The notes: generated from the sequence alone by a model not told the origin. Numbered from the whole stretch's first letter, positions 37,734-51,581 are shown. The stretch: DNA of 63,190 nt, filler included, from Octopus bimaculoides (GCF_001194135.2; 5 parts of 5 records of this genome joined end to end with filler, not necessarily neighbours in it), one strand, 5' to 3'. Numbers and translations: made by a program.

Positions 37734-38121
37734 GTACTTGTGTTTGTGTGTGTGGGCCGTTTTTGATTGGTCCCAGAGCTTAGTGTTGTGTGTGTACATG
37801 GGTCTGTTTATGTGTGTTTTATATTTGGCAGGATGGTGTGTGTACGTGTGTGCGCATTTGTGTGTACGTGTATGTGTATGCGTGTGATTTGTATTTGTCA
37901 GGGTGTTGTGTGTGCGCATGTGTGTGTATTTATTAGAACCTCTGATAAATACAAAACACTCACACACACATACACACCCACACATACCTACACATACATG
38001 TGCACCCTCATACACACATACAGTTGCTCACATACACACACACACACCACCAGGATAATTATAACAACACAAACATACTCAGACAGAGACACACACTGAT
38101 GCACACATACACACACATCTC

Positions 38122-39750
38122 CCTGGGTCTACCTCTTCCACAGGTTCCCTCCACTGTTAGGGTGTGACATTTCTGCATGCAACTGTCCTCATCTATATGC
38201 AACACATGACCATACCAGTGCAGTCGTCTCTCTGCACACCACATCTGACGCTTCTTATATCCAACTTTTCTCTCAGGGCACTTACACTCCGTCGTGTATG
38301 CACACTGACATTACACATCCAGCGGATCATACTAGCTTCATTTCTTTCAAGCCTACGCATGTCTTCAGCAGTCATGGTCCATCTTTCACTGCCGCGTAGC
38401 ATGGCTGTTCACACACATGCATCGTACAGTCTACCTTTCACTCTGAACAAGAAGCCCTTTGTTACCAGCAGAGGTAGGAGCTCTCTGAACTTTGCCCAGG
38501 ATATTCATATTCTAGTAGCTATGCTCTCAGAGCATCCACCACCTGCTACTGACTTGGTTATCTAGGTCAGGGGTTTTCAAACTTTTTGACTTGCGGACCC
38601 CTTTATATTTCAGGCTTTACCTTAGGGACCCCCTTATAAATGCTTATGAAATTTATACATAAATATTTGCTTAAAATAACATATAGTTTTACATTTATTT
38701 ATTTAACAGTATTTAACAAATAGGTTTATTGTCAATTAAAAGATTTCGATTAAAAAACATATATAAAATCAAATTGCCCATAAAAAGTATTTGCTGTCTA
38801 CGGACCCCCTGTCTTGTCCTTGCGGACCCCCTGTGGTCCGCGGACCACAGTTTGAAAACCCCTGATCTAGGTAACAGAAGCTATCAACTATTTCTAGTTT
38901 TTTTCCCCTGGCATGTAATGGAATCTGTTTTCTGCACATTTTCAGTGTTTATTGCCCCTGTGCATCTGCCACACACAAAAACTATTTTCCAGGTTAACCT
39001 TCCTTTGATATTATTGCACCTCTTATGTGTCCATAGCTTACACTAGGTACATCGTATGGAGTTTCTACTCACATCTTTTCTACAGATCGAGCAGGGTCAC
39101 CTACCTGAAGGGGTTTGTGATTTGACAACCTTTCTACTTACTAAGACTTTGGATTTTGCTAGGTTAAACCTAAGGCCCTTCAATTCTAGACCTTGCTTCC
39201 ACACCCTAAACTTTGTTTCCAGTTCTGGCAGTGACTCAGCTATTAGAGCAATGTCATCAGCATAGAGGAGCTCCCAGGGGCAGCCTCTCTTGAATTCCGA
39301 TCACCTATTCATCTACCAGTTTGGTCTACACACTAGTCAAATTGACTACATTCTCATCAGGAAATGAGAAAGATGGCTACCTATAAACACCAAAACTTTC
39401 TCAGGAGAAGAATGCACCTCACAACATAGGTTAGTAGTTAGCAACTTCAGGATCAGGGCTAAATGGCTGCCCAGAAGACGACCAGCATGGAAAAGAAGGG
39501 TCTGGAAGCTTAAGGATCCCCTGAATGGATAGAAGATTTAGAGATGTATTACTTAAAGCTTTTGACAAAAAAGAGGAGGATATAGCATCACATAATGTGG
39601 AAGACAACTGGAGGTTCCTACAGGACATGTTGATGACTACTGATCAGATTTGTGGCTAATGCAAAGTCCCCGCTCGACCTAAGGTAACATGGTGGCGGAA
39701 CAATGTAGTTGACAGTGCCATTAGGGAATAGAAACAGGCATGGAAGCACA
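38122..39750. mobile_element. RTE-clade LINE: 3' part on minus strand (39297->38122) plus inverted EN/linker segment on plus strand (39300->39750)
   Basis: Minus: ELLYADDIALIA...DSFCYL...KFRELLPLL...LERNEASMIRWM...WYGHV...GRGRPR. Plus: SQIDYILIRK...QHRLVV...TWW.N.VVDSAI. Confidence 0.88.
38568..38864. mobile_element. hAT (Charlie-like) MITE, 297 bp, inserted in the RTE
   Basis: Perfect 16-bp TIR CAGGGGTTTTCAAACT/AGTTTGAAAACCCCTG; 8-bp TSD ATCTAGGT at 38560-38567 and 38865-38872; subterminal GCGGACCCC motifs. Confidence 0.95.
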
Positions 39751-39804
39751 TTGAATATCAAAAAATAAAGGCTTTTTTTATGAAAAGTAGCGATAAATAA
39801 ATAC

Positions 39805-40079
39805 AATTAGATGAACTGAGGCAGAATTAAAAGGAATTAAATTCATTAATTTGAATTGTTACAGAGACTCACAGTCAAACCGGTCTCGTCATTACTGTTC
39901 ACTGGCTTTGAATGCGCACTGATTATCAAACTGTGTCAGTAGACCCGACACCATTTGATAATCAGTGCGCATTCAAAGCCAGTGAACAGTAATGACGAGA
40001 CCGGTTTGACTGTGAGTCTCTGTAACAATTCAAATTAATGAATTTAATTCCTTTTAATTCTGCCTCAGTTCATCTAATT
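39805..40079. repeat. Perfect 126-bp inverted repeat with 23-bp spacer
   Basis: 39805-39930 is the exact reverse complement of 39954-40079; the right arm ends at the N-gap. Confidence 0.95.
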
Positions 40080-40866
40080 NNNNNNNNNNNNNNNNNNNNN
40101 NNNNNNNNNNNNNNNNNNNNNNNNNNNNNNNNNNNNNNNNNNNNNNNNNNNNNNNNNNNNNNNNNNNNNNNNNNNNNNNNNNNNNNNNNNNNNNNNNNNN
40201 NNNNNNNNNNNNNNNNNNNNNNNNNNNNNNNNNNNNNNNNNNNNNNNNNNNNNNNNNNNNNNNNNNNNNNNNNNNNNNNNNNNNNNNNNNNNNNNNNNNN
40301 NNNNNNNNNNNNNNNNNNNNNNNNNNNNNNNNNNNNNNNNNNNNNNNNNNNNNNNNNNNNNNNNNNNNNNNNNNNNNNNNNNNNNNNNNNNNNNNNNNNN
40401 NNNNNNNNNNNNNNNNNNNNNNNNNNNNNNNNNNNNNNNNNNNNNNNNNNNNNNNNNNNNNNNNNNNNNNNNNNNNNNNNNNNNNNNNNNNNNNNNNNNN
40501 NNNNNNNNNNNNNNNNNNNNNNNNNNNNNNNNNNNNNNNNNNNNNNNNNNNNNNNNNNNNNNNNNNNNNNNNNNNNNNNNNNNNNNNNNNNNNNNNNNNN
40601 NNNNNNNNNNNNNNNNNNNNNNNNNNNNNNNNNNNNNNNNNNNNNNNNNNNNNNNNNNNNNNNNNNNNNNNNNNNNNNNNNNNNNNNNNNNNNNNNNNNN
40701 NNNNNNNNNNNNNNNNNNNNNNNNNNNNNNNNNNNNNNNNNNNNNNNNNNNNNNNNNNNNNNNNNNNNNNNNNNNNNNNNNNNNNNNNNNNNNNNNNNNN
40801 NNNNNNNNNNNNNNNNNNNNNNNNNNNNNNNNNNNNNNNNNNNNNNNNNNNNNNNNNNNNNNNNNN

Positions 40867-42116
40867 CTGTGATCACTGAGAAGGATGGGATTCTTCATCG
40901 CTGGAAAGAACACTCCATATCGAATTCATGACTGCTTTCAATCAAATGAAACCTAATAAAGCTCCCGGACCTGACAATATTCCTTTTGAACTCCTCAGAG
41001 CGGGTGGACCTGCTCTTCGGGCAAGACTCTTCATGCTGATTCTGCAAATCTGGGAGAAGAAACAGATTCCTCAAGATCTCAGAGATGCAGTCATTGTCAC
41101 CATCTTCAAGAAAGGGGATAGGAGCCTTTGTGGTAACTATCGTGGCATCTCTCTGCTTTCAATCGCAAGCAAGATCATCGCTCGAATCTTGTTACAATGT
41201 CTCCAAGTAGTAGCTGAGTCAGTCTTTCTTGAGTCACAGTGTGGTTTCAGAAAATCAAGAGGTACCATCGACATGATCTTTTGTGCACGTCAGATCCAGA
41301 AGAAGAGCCGGGAGCAGCAGAAACCTGTCTTTTTCATCTTCTACGACTTGGAAAAAGCTTTCGACAGTGTCCCAAGAGCAGTCATGTGGGATATCCTGCA
41401 TCGTTATGGTTGTCCTGGAGGCTTCATTTCGCTGATCAAGGGTTTCCATGATGACATGAGGGGAAGAGTCCTTTATCAGACTGACATCTCTGAAGAATTC
41501 AAGATCACCTGTGGCCTGAAGCAGGGATGTGTTCTTGCTCCAACCTTGTTTTCTCTCTACATCACTGCCATGCTCTCTGAAATTCCATCAGACGGCCCCG
41601 GAGTGGAACTCAGATGTAGATTTGATGGTGGACTTTTCAACATCTCACATTTCCGATCAAGACGTCACTGTCGAGAGCACAAGATCACTGAGATTCAATA
41701 CGCTGATGATAACGCAGCCCCAGCTTCAACTGTATAAGACTTCTAAACCTCAACAAACAACTTCAGCAGAGCTTATCAAATCTTCGGCCTGAAAGTGAAC
41801 ATCACCAAAGCCAAAGTGCTTGCTCGACCAGCTCCTCGTACCAACCTTGACAACCCCAACATCACCATCAATAACCAAATCAATTGAAGTCGTCGAGGAT
41901 TTCTGCTATCTTAGATGTTTTCTGTCACCCACTGCAGGATCTGGTAAGGATATCGAACATCGCATCCAATCAGATCATGCCTCTTTTGGTCGTCTCAAAA
42001 CCAGGGTATTTTGCAACGAGGATCTGACATTCAAAACGAAGCTCATGGTCTATCGGGCTGTTGTCATATCAACTCTGCTGTACGGGTGTGAAACCTGGAC
42101 TGTTTACCGTAAGGAC
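40867..42116 (+). mobile_element. RTE/BovB-like LINE RT fragment
   Basis: KAPGPDNIP, GNYRGISLLS, QCGFRKSRGTIDMIF, DLEKAFDSV, GLKQGCVLAPTLF, QYADD, LLYGCETW; one in-frame stop after YADD; both ends in gaps. Confidence 0.95.
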
Positions 42117-42216
42117 NNNNNNNNNNNNNNNNNNNNNNNNNNNNNNNNNNNNNNNNNNNNTTAATTAATTAANNNNNNNNNNNNNNNNNNNNNNNNNNNN
42201 NNNNNNNNNNNNNNNN

Positions 42217-42448
42217 ATGGGAACTGCCCATATCCTACGTAAAATACTGTCTATGTGATCTCAAATTTTAAAGCAAACATAATTTTCTTATGGTTTCTTA
42301 AACATTCACTTGAACAAAACTGTACAAATCCAAATATATGGTACCCTAGGCATAACACCTACATGAACTTCTAACTTGTTGTCTCTTGAGGTCTCTGGGT
42401 GAGACTTGGATCCAACTTGTACAAATGCAAAACAAAAGTCAAACATAA

Positions 42449-42520
<72 letters not shown>
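42217..42520 (+). mobile_element. R4/Dong-like 3' end, 3' UTR and (TAA)n tail
   Basis: MGTAHILRKILSM* (compare GTARILRKVLER* at 7955-7991), then about 190 bp of UTR and about 24 TAA units. Confidence 0.75.
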
Positions 42521-42521
<1 letters not shown>

Positions 42522-43009
42522 TATGTATTTAAATATATATACATATATGAATATATTTACATATACACTTGTAAAGGCTGGCATGAAGTGTGTCATACAT
42601 ATATAATGCAAAAAACTTTTGTCATAGCCTCGAGAACAGTTCATTCCTTCAGGGGGGAATTGAACTCCGTCATATGAATTGTACTTGCTTTCCTAAAATC
42701 CCACCTTGTCACATTATGTTACACTCATAATAGATCAGAGATACATTATGGGTACATGTTTCCGTGGATTATTCACCCTACATCACCCTCAAAATCAATG
42801 CGTAAGTTGTTCAGTTTATGGAACATCATGGACGCTTATACGTCTTTCTGCTCGGTAGTACCAATCACATGTGGGTATTTGTGTCTCTGTGGATGCGAGT
42901 AAACGCGCGAGCGTGTGTGCATGCGTATGTATATGTGTTCGTGTGTGTGTCTGTGTGCGCGTGTGTTTGTGCGTTTGTGTGAGTGTGTGCTTGTACCTAT
43001 GTGTGTGTT

Positions 43010-43045
<36 letters not shown>

Positions 43046-43492
43046 TCTTTGTGTATGTGCGTGCGCGTGCGTGTTCGTGCGGGTTGGTTGTCCTGTCGTT
43101 AACAGTTTGCATAACACAGCAACGATTCGCGTTATCGATGTAACAGAACTCAGAGACAAACCGAAGAAAAATATATGCTCTGAAATACAAACGGATTTAA
43201 CAGCTCTCGTTACAGCTTATCACCTTGCGATAATCTATAGTACGAATTAAGGGTCGGCTACCAGTTATGAATATATGTCATGTGTATATATGTTATATAT
43301 GCTGATGTGCAGCAGCATATCACATTTAAGAGAATGGCAAAATATCGGTATCTGCTATTTTCGATCACTTCGGGAAAAGTTGTTTAGCCACCTCTGTGAC
43401 ACTCAGTGATTTTTAACACTTGGAATCGTGTCGGGAACTTTCCGGACGCTACCCAACAGCAAATCAGCGTTTAATCTAATAATCTATCTATC

Positions 43493-43537
<45 letters not shown>

Positions 43538-45853
43538 NNNNNNNNNNNNNNNNNNNNNNNNNNNNNNNNNNNNNNNNNNNNNNNNNNNNNNNNNNNNNNN
43601 NNNNNNNNNNNNNNNNNNNNNNNNNNNNNNNNNNNNNNNNNNNNNNNNNNNNNNNNNNNNNNNNNNNNNNNNNNNNNNNNNNNNNNNNNNNNNNNNNNNN
43701 NNNNNNNNNNNNNNNNNNNNNNNNNNNNNNNNNNNNNNNNNNNNNNNNNNNNNNNNNNNNNNNNNNNNNNNNNNNNNNNNNNNNNNNNNNNNNNNNNNNN
43801 NNNNNNNNNNNNNNNNNNNNNNNNNNNNNNNNNNNNNNNNNNNNNNNNNNNNNNNNNNNNNNNNNNNNNNNNNNNNNNNNNNNNNNNNNNNNNNNNNNNN
43901 NNNNNNNNNNNNNNNNNNNNNNNNNNNNNNNNNNNNNNNNNNNNNNNNNNNNNNNNNNNNNNNNNNNNNNNNNNNNNNNNNNNNNNNNNNNNNNNNNNNN
44001 NNNNNNNNNNNNNNNNNNNNNNNNNNNNNNNNNNNNNNNNNNNNNNNNNNNNNNNNNNNNNNNNNNNNNNNNNNNNNNNTATATATATAAACATATATAT
44101 ATATATATATATACTTTTAGAACGAGAGGCATACACACATTCTCACACACTGTTACACACGCACACATACACACATATTCTATGTATTCTACATATCGAA
44201 AATCAAAAAAAATTCAAAACCAAAGAAAATTTTAAAAAACAATAGAATTAGTGTTGAAGGCGAGAAAATAAAGAAGAAATAAAAAAAAACGTCAAAAAGG
44301 TAATGTTTGTTAAAATGCATATAAAAAAGACAAAACAAAGGTGAAACAAAATAACAGAAAAAAAAAAGTAAGCCAACAATCATATAGTGTTTGCAAGGTT
44401 AAAGTGAACAAGATTTTTTGTCAGAATCTTACAGCAATTTGACATTTACATCAAACGTAGACGTGCTTTTAGTCACTTACTACGAACACAGCGAAACCTG
44501 AATAACAGCGCCAAGCATAGAAAGAAAGTTCCATTTATCACTTGCCGGTTAACACCTGTGTCGGCGTTGTTGTCAAAATGTCTCTGAAGTAAATCATTCT
44601 AGTGGACCGCCGATCTGAATCTGTCGAGACCCGAATAGTCACGATTTATGTCGACATTAACTAGTAGAAGTGTGTTGCAAATGTATATATAGGAATATAT
44701 GCGTGTGCGTGTGTGTGTGTGTGTGTGCCCGTATGTATGCGTGCATATGTGCAGGAGTGCATGTTTGTCGATATGTGTATATGTATGTATATCTGTATGC
44801 TTCTATCTGCCTGAATGGAGTGTATGGTGTGTTTTTTCCTGCATATATGACAGCGAAAGTTTACTTGCCGAAAGCAACTATAAGTGTGTGTGTGTGTGTG
44901 TGCATGTAAATATGTGTGTGCGTATGTGTGCTTGTGTATGTATGTATGTGTACAAATATATATATATGTACGTATGTAGGTGTCTCTTCTTTTTCTTTCT
45001 TTGTTTCTTTCTCTCTCACGTTGCATATACGCAGGCACATATACATATATACTTACACATATACACTTATATATATACATTTATATGTATATGTATATAT
45101 ATTATATACATATATGTATGCAAGAATATATATTATATATATGTGGGTGAATATATATATAGATATATGTATATATATATATATATATNNNNNNNNNNNN
45201 NNNNNNNNNNNNNNNNNNNNNNNNNNNNNNNNNNNNNNNNNNNNNNNNNNNNNNNNNNNNNNNNNNNNNNNNNNNNNNNNNNNNNNNNNNNNNNNNNNNN
45301 NNNNNNNNNNNNNNNNNNNNNNNNNNNNNNNNNNNNNNNNNNNNNNNNNNNNNNNNNNNNNNNNNNNNNNNNNNNNNNNNNNNNNNNNNNNNNNNNNNNN
45401 NNNNNNNNNNNNNNNNNNNNNNNNNNNNNNNNNNNNNNNNNNNNNNNNNNNNNNNNNNNNNNNNNNNNNNNNNNNNNNNNNNNNNNNNNNNNNNNNNNNN
45501 NNNNNNNNNNNNNNNNNNNNNNNNNNNNNNNNNNNNNNNNNNNNNNNNNNNNNNNNNNNNNNNNNNNNNNNNNNNNNNNNNNNNNNNNNNNNNNNNNNNN
45601 NNNNNNNNNNNNNNNNNNNNNNNNNNNNNNNNNNNNNNNNNNNNNNNNNNNNNNNNNNNNNNNNNNNNNNNNNNNNNNNNNNNNNNNNNNNNNNNNNNNN
45701 NNNNNNNNNNNNNNNNNNNNNNNNNNNNNNNNNNNNNNNNNNNNNNNNNNNNNNNNNNNNNNNNNNNNNNNNNNNNNNNNNNNNNNNNNNNNNNNNNNNN
45801 NNNNNNNNNNNNNNNNNNNNNNNNNNNNNNNNNNNNNNNNNNNNNNNNNNNNN

Positions 45854-45919
<66 letters not shown>

Positions 45920-45929
45920 ACGTGTGCGT

Positions 45930-46110
45930 GTGTGTGTTTGTACCCCACCATCACTTTGTCACCGAGGTTGGTATGTTTATGTCCCAGTAATCTAGCGGTT
46001 CGGCAAAAGAGAGCGATAGAAAAAGTACTAGGTTTATAAATAATAGGTCCCGGGGTCGATTTGTTCGATTAAAGCGGTGCTCGAGCATGGCCGCATTCAA
46101 ATAACTGAAA
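45930..46110 (+). mobile_element. SINE family A 3' half
   Basis: GTATGTTTATGTCCCAGTAATCTAGCGGTTCGGCAAAAGAGAGCGATAG...GGGGTCGATTTGTTCGA...GCATGGCCGCA. Confidence 0.85.
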
Positions 46111-47587
46111 CAATTAAAAGAATAAAGGAGTATATGTGTATATATATGCATGCGAACTTTTGGTTAGTTTAAATATGTCTGTGACATTCTTCAACATATA
46201 AAGGCAAATTCACACCAGTTAACCATGGACAAAATATTCTCTCTTATAATAATAATAAAAATGTGTGTAAAATACTATATCTGTCCGTTGCTGCTCGTTG
46301 TCAATTTTCAGACACATTTCTAGCTCTTTAACCATCGTATGTGTGTGTGTGCATATACACTTCCTTGTGGTGCTACGTTTGCTTCTTCATTTATGTCTCT
46401 GTGTCTTTGTGTGTGAAGTGAAGAGATATTTCAACTTTGACAGCTTCCACATCTATGTAATTCAAGAACTTTACAAATATTCGAGCAGTGCAGTAGTCGG
46501 TGAAAAAAACTGCATAGGTAACTAGTTTACACAGCAGTTGGAAGTCGTTAAAATTTGTCACATTACTCACCGTGCATGTGACAACGATATGTTCCCAACC
46601 CACACTTCTATTTTCAAGGAAGGAAGACTCTTTTGCGAACTACCTCTTGCTGAAACATCGACTCAATTTGAAGCAGTAAGAAAAAATTCCAGGGAATTAC
46701 CATCAGATTTGAAAGAGTATCCGACTCGAACAGATTGGAAATTCCTTCGGAAAACAGCAGAATTCTGATCGATAACATCATCTATAACGCAATTAAACAA
46801 ATGGGTAACTTTAAATACATTTTATCTACTTTGAGCTTGGATGACTAAAAGGAGACAAAAATAAAACGTGATCTGGTTTCATAAGACATAATAAAATTTT
46901 GTTTCTTATAGAATAACCGTTGCATCAGTTTTACAAGAAACCCCAGATTGTAACAGTCTGTAGTAACTTCGAATTTTGTATGATGTTGAAAGCTGTTCAT
47001 AACTGATAAGGAACTTAGAATCCAGGCGTTCGAACTTTAGAATTTCAGAAGGCTCTCACACATCTCATCTTCGTAGAATATTGTGAAGAATAGTTAAAGG
47101 TGATAACTAGCATCATCTCAAATAAGTGATAATTTTACCGCTTTTTTTGGCATTGAATTAGATTGCCAAGATCTCTTTCGAAAGTAAGAATAATATAAAT
47201 AACACTATTTTAAATATTGCCTTGTGTTCTATGCCAGTTATCATGACTCGTAGAATTTTTTCCTCTTTAATTATGAGGGGAAAGATAGTGTCATAAATAT
47301 TTTTGAGAGACCATAAATATTTTGGGGGAAAATGGAGTAAATTAACCTTAAACTGGAGAAAAAACCCTCTAGTTTACAACAGAATGGTCTCGAGAGAGAG
47401 AAGGGTGTATTAAACCAGATGATATATTAAGACTACTACCCCAAATAGGAAGGTCACTTCGACAGACTCCACTTAATACCCGTCTACCAAATTTTATTCA
47501 TATGGCACAAGTTGCCCAGATGAAATTTGCTCAAAGTACCATCTCCTAATATAATAATGAGTGTAGTGCTTTTATATATTTGTATTT

Positions 47588-47681
<94 letters not shown>

Positions 47682-48645
47682 ATGTGTGTGTGTGCGTGTG
47701 TGTGTGTATGCATGTGTGGTGTATGTGTGTGTGTGTGTGTCTGTGTGTGTGTGTGTGTGTCCAGAATCACCTCGGACTCGGAGGAGAGAAAATAGTAATT
47801 CAGTGAAGGAGAAGAAGTGAGGGTAATAGCCCTGACTGAGGGGTAGTGATAGAAAATAATAGCAACGAGAGAAAGGAAGGGGCGATAGATGAATAAGGAA
47901 AGAAGGGGTGAAAAAAATCAGCGTTTCAACTCTGTGTGCGTATATGTATGTATGTTCGTGTACAAGGGAAGTATGTGAATGTTTCTATGTGTGATTATTA
48001 TGTACCTTATTTATATATAAAATACTACAATTAGTTGTCACTATTGACAACTAGTGCTGTAGTAAATATGAAGTACAATAATGCCTCACCCATGAAGACC
48101 ATAAGACAAAATTTCAAGTTCTTTTTTAGTTCTATTTTCAGTGCCATACAAATCCAAGCGACAAATTTTACCGTTATTCCTGCATAATTGTTACAGTCAA
48201 GTGTTCCGTCTCCACGTGGCTATAAGCTGCCAGCTATTCTTCAGTATTTTGGCTTAACGGAACACTCACCAGAGATTCTCTAGATATAAACAGATCCTCA
48301 ATATGGACAAGTTTCATCGTTCATTTTCCATTATATTGAATAGAGAATTCATATATCTGTTTTCCGACAGACATATCATCCTTCAAAAGACTAACACACC
48401 AGCAATGAAATTTTTCACCTATTTTCCATGTTTTATTTTCTTTGGTCTTCATGCTTACACGTCATCGTTTCAGATTGCTTCGTATTAACACCATGGTAAG
48501 AAAAACCTTGTTAAACAGGTGCAACGAAGCCAGGCCTCCAGGCAACATATTCTTTCACTAGAACATTCTATTACACCTTCTACTGCAATGCCATGATCTA
48601 CTTCTCTACTATCCCTTTCTCTCTCTCACACACACACTTACCACA

Positions 48646-48958
<313 letters not shown>

Positions 48959-49229
48959 ATCTATCTATCTATATATATATATCTATCTGTCTGTCTTTCT
49001 GCCTGTCTTTCTATATATTTATCTATCTATCTAACTTCTGTTTTCTCTTTCTCTATCATTTTAAATCTCTGTGGCTCTCATCATTGCCTTACACATTCTC
49101 ATCGACACACTTTATCGTTGCTCTATATTTCCATTACTCATTGCCATAGTCACAAACATTGCTATTCTGCCGTACACGATGAAAGTCCATGGTTAAAAGC
49201 AACATTTACCTTTTATCGTGCCCCAATCA

Positions 49230-49445
49230 TTGGCTTGTAGCCGAGTTACAGCACCACTTTCAATGATTTAGTCAAACAAATCGATATCAATGCTTATTTT
49301 GCGTTTGGTACTGATGAATATCCTATGCCGAACTGCAAGGACACAGGCACGTAAACAACACAATGCAGTGGCAGTTGACAAATACAAAGACATACATAAA
49401 ATACAACAGGCTTCATCATAGTTTCCGCCTACCGAATTCCTTCAC
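49230..49445 (-). mobile_element. Diverged SINE family A copy
   Basis: AGCACCACTTTC...TTTAGTCAAACAAATCGA...GCCGAACTGC...GGCTTCATCATAGTTTCCGCCTACCGAATTCCTTCACAGGC. Confidence 0.65.
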
Positions 49446-51358
49446 AGGCCATTGTTCTTCCTTCACAAGCCATTGTTCTTCCTTCACAAGCCATTGTTCT
49501 CAATAGCATATACTCTACAAGTTCAGCTATTCTAGAAACAGCTGTAAGAGACTATCCATTTACTAAAAATTATTCTACACTATGTTTAAATTAAAATTTA
49601 AATGCTCTAAAATGACACTACGTTTTGCTTTTTCATTCAATTCCTAATATGTATACCCACATAAATGTGTAACCACATGTGTATTTCTCTCTAGGTATAT
49701 TTGTGGACATTTGCTTGTGTCTATCTACGTGAATGTACGTGTGTATGTGTGGATAGACGAACACAGGCACACAGACACACTCATACAGGCTACCATAACA
49801 ATACACTTACACACCTTCAGCCATTCATACATATATAAGTATACAAATGATTTTCATCAGAGCCAAGCACTCGTTTATAGTAATTTATATAGTCCGTAAG
49901 GCAGCCAAAAAATTTATATATTATGCTGTAAGCTGCATGTATTGTATGGTATACTGCATACCTATGTTTCTCATGAGATAGGGCTTGTGAAAGTTATAAA
50001 GTTAATGGACAAATTGACATGTTTTACAAAGATTGTTTTCCTCTTTTTAAAACTTGTCTAACTGAACGATGAATACATAGCTATTGAATGGATGCAAAAC
50101 CTATTTTGTTTGCTTATATATAAATGAGGGAGTACAATTTTTATTAAAGCACACACAAACATATACATACATAGGCACACAGACAAACACACACGCACAT
50201 ACACACAAACGTTTGTGTGTATGTATATGATGGACACTACCGCCGGTTTCGACGTTTGAGCGTCCGACGGACAACCTATTTAGTTTATTCATCTTAGTTG
50301 TTTCAATCGAGTTTGACAAATATTTGCAAACCAATCCATAGCTCATGCGAGGGTATGGATTACGAGACAATGTAGCTGCCATGTTTAACAATGCTTTTGT
50401 CCTCCCTCCTAGTTTTCGTAGTCGATGGATAAAAATGGATTCGAAGTTCCCTATCGCATCTTAATACAAATTTCAAGTCTTTCCAGTCCAGAGCCACTTA
50501 TTCAAAGGTTTCACAAGGTATATTGATTGCTGACAGATTACTCATCATTTTATCTTTCTACCTGAGCCATAGTCAACCAACATTTCTTTGTCCACTATAC
50601 CGCTGGTGAAGCATGAGGATTTCATACACACATATACATATATTTCTATACGTGTCTCTTATATACATACAGATACACACGCGCGCACACACGCATTATA
50701 CATACACATAGAAACATATATGCTTTCATATATACTACGTACATATATATATATATATATATAAATATATATATATANNNNNNNNNNNNNNNNNNNNNNN
50801 NNNNNNNNNNNNNNNNNNNNNNNNNNNNNNNNNNNNNNNNNNNNNNNNNNNNNNNNNNNNNNNNNNNNNNNNNNNNNNNNNNNNNNNNNNNNNNNNNNNN
50901 NNNNNNNNNNNNNNNNNNNNNNNNNNNNNNNNNNNNNNNNNNNNNNNNNNNNNNNNNNNNNNNNNNNNNNNNNNNNNNNNNNNNNNNNNNNNNNNNNNNN
51001 NNNNNNNNNNNNNNNNNNNNNNNNNNNNNNNNNNNNNNNNNNNNNNNNNNNNNNNNNNNNNNNNNNNNNNNNNNNNNNNNNNNNNNNNNNNNNNNNNNNN
51101 NNNNNNNNNNNNNNNNNNNNNNNNNNNNNNNNNNNNNNNNNNNNNNNNNNNNNNNNNNNNNNNNNNNNNNNNNNNNNNNNNNNNNNNNNNNNNNNNNNNN
51201 NNNNNNNNNNNNNNNNNNNNNNNNNNNNNNNNNNNNNNNNNNNNNNNNNNNNNNNNNNNNNNNNNNNNNNNNNNNNNNNNNNNNNNNNNNNNNNNNNNNN
51301 NNNNNNNNNNNNNNNNNNNNNNNNNNNNNNNNNNNNNNNNNNNNNNNNNNNNNNNNNN

Positions 51359-51541
51359 GACACGTAAAAGCACCCACTACACTCTCTGAGTGGTTGGCGT
51401 TAGGAAGGGCATCCAGCTGTAGAAACTCTGCCAAATCAGACTGGAGCCTGGTGTTGCCATCCGGTTTCACCAGTCCTCAGTCAAATCGTCCAACCCATGC
51501 TAGCATGGAAAGCGGACGTTAAACGATGATGATGATGATGA

Positions 51542-51545
<4 letters not shown>
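51359..51545 (+). mobile_element. SINE or LINE 3' end with (GAT)n tail
   Basis: GTGGTTGGCGTTAGGAAGGGCATCCAGCTGTAGAAAC...CCCATGCTAGCATGGAAAGCGGACGTTAAACGATGATGATG; the 5' end lies in a gap. Confidence 0.7.

Positions 51546-51581
<36 letters not shown>

Larger units (their letters stand above)
31997..38120 (-). mobile_element. Penelope-like retroelement (probably Neptune group), near full-length with terminal repeats and inverted 5' piece
   Basis: LSKGLKFTPTP, IKEADKG, YGLPKIHK, LRPIV, SFDVINLYT, GTAMGTKVAPTYA, RYLDD, LPFLD (RT); CGRSNCRTC linker; YAIRC...YIGQT...LRERM..H and RESNLIQKYRPQLN (GIY-YIG). Direct repeats at about 32010-32340 and 37370-37700; inverted repeat copy at 37930-38120. Confidence 0.92.
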
